In this document: positions 63,100 through 64,000 of the stretch, one piece after another | Layout: every line of letters starts with the position of its first letter | Position numbering within the stretch: position 1 is the stretch's first letter | NCBI GenBank assembly: GCA_036172245.1 | Contig: JAYWIR010000031.1 | Span: 2,294,001 to 2,358,000 of the forward strand | Reading direction: 5' to 3' | Source of the DNA: Raillietiella orientalis | Taxonomy: Eukaryota | Length of the DNA: 64,000 nt | Notes under the pieces: model-generated | Database searches by the model: none | Seen by the model: only the letters and a program-made list of their open reading frames with translations | What the model was told of the DNA's origin: nothing | Translations under genes and position numbers: made by a program

Positions 63100-64000
63100 C
63101 GCCTCAGCCCGAGAGCGAGCGCAACGGGATGGGTGGAGCACCCGGGAGAGGCGGGATGCTATCTCGCCTCCGATCTGAGAGGGCGGTCTGTTCCCCCGCC
63201 GCTGGAGCCTGAGGGATCCAGCCGACTTCCATGCAAGCTCGCTCCGCAACTCCCCAGGAGACTTGGAGGACGGGGCGCGGCGATCGTCCTCCGTATGGCC
63301 CCACGAGCCCAGGGCGGCAGCAATTTTGCCCCCCCCCCCTTCCCCAATCCGCCCACCCTGCTAACCAGATGCCGCATGACGTGTCTCTTCCGAGCCATCC
63401 CTCAGCAGCCTGCTTCGAGCCGCTGGTTCACTTTGCTCCAGCGGAGGCTGCCGCCAACGGAGCAGTCCCCAGGGGTAGCGATTCAGCACGACTCCTTCGC
63501 GGAGCCGTCGAGTGGAAGGCTGGAGGATCCCGCTGTCTGCCGGATTCCAGCGCGGGAAAGTAAACGCGGGAGCGAATCGGGGCAATGTGCTCCTCCCTGT
63601 TCATGAAGATCGGAATTCCTCATTAAAAGTTACGAGAAGGACGGGAGGTGGAGGTGACCGCGTCGGAGCCAATCGTCGGCGCCCACCAGAAATCGATACC
63701 CTGCATCAAGGATCACTCGGTGCGTGAATTCATCATGGCGCAACCTGCCTCCTCTGCACTTTCTGCCGATATGCCCTCACAAGTGACCAGCTGGGGAATC
63801 GCCTCCGAGAGGGAAACGGATCCACGGGCTGGCGAAGAAAACAAGTGGACTCGCTCGCGGGATTCTGATGTATCCGTGGACGAGAAACGACTTCCAAGGC
63901 ATGCCCGGAGAGTGACGCACGTGCACGCGAAGCCGTAGGCGGGCGAGTAGCTGCGGTGGAAAGGCTTCTGCCCTTCTGCCACATCTGACCCCAAGATGTA
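63100..64000 (+). mobile_element. Degenerate Jockey/CR1-like LINE reverse transcriptase relic (runs off window)
   Basis: Ordered motifs: PGEAG (~PG.DG), PQETWR (~P..WK), SNFAPPPF (~SNYRPISL), IPQQPASS...FTLLQ (~IP..Q.GFR..ST..Q), IGIPH/LIKSY (~GIP...I.SYL), SSAPTR...HQGSLG (~S.....GVPQGS.LG), LSADM (~LFADD). The upstream 60-63 kb may be the rest of this element. Confidence 0.6.

Noticed and set aside
60265..63606. Long ORFs of 408, 319 and 455 aa
   Set aside because: Pro/Arg/Gly/Ser-rich, overlapping on both strands and expected in very GC-rich DNA. Only the end of the 455-aa ORF carries frameshifted LINE RT relic motifs, so these are not host genes.

Overview
Eukaryotic (invertebrate animal-like) genomic window with GT-AG introns, many only 42-61 nt. 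Three intron-containing genes could be reconstructed by hand. (1) A complete cGMP-dependent protein kinase (+, 7537-16666, 12 exons, 817 aa). (2) A complete PDZ-GEF/RAPGEF2-6 orthologue (+, 21365-39361, at least 15 exons, ~1,300 aa, with a ~9 kb intron). (3) A group III (bee-venom-type) secreted phospholipase A2 (-, 47187-46390, 5' end unresolved). Most long ORFs in the supplied track are shadow ORFs of GC-rich DNA. The GC-rich domains (~1.7-7.4 kb, the PKG introns, ~54-64 kb) appear to be heavily decayed retroelements: about a dozen Penelope-like RT/GIY-YIG relics plus CR1/Jockey-like LINE and Ty3/Gypsy RT relics. Nearly all that I could recognise lie on the + strand and have drifted toward G/C. 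Interspersed with them is a ~0.85 kb repeat family (at least 4 copies) with TGTAAC...GTTACA-like ends, a Pol III B-box-like motif and an internal array of CCCTTCGGGG-type units. All relic calls rest on motif recognition by eye across frameshifts and need profile-HMM confirmation.
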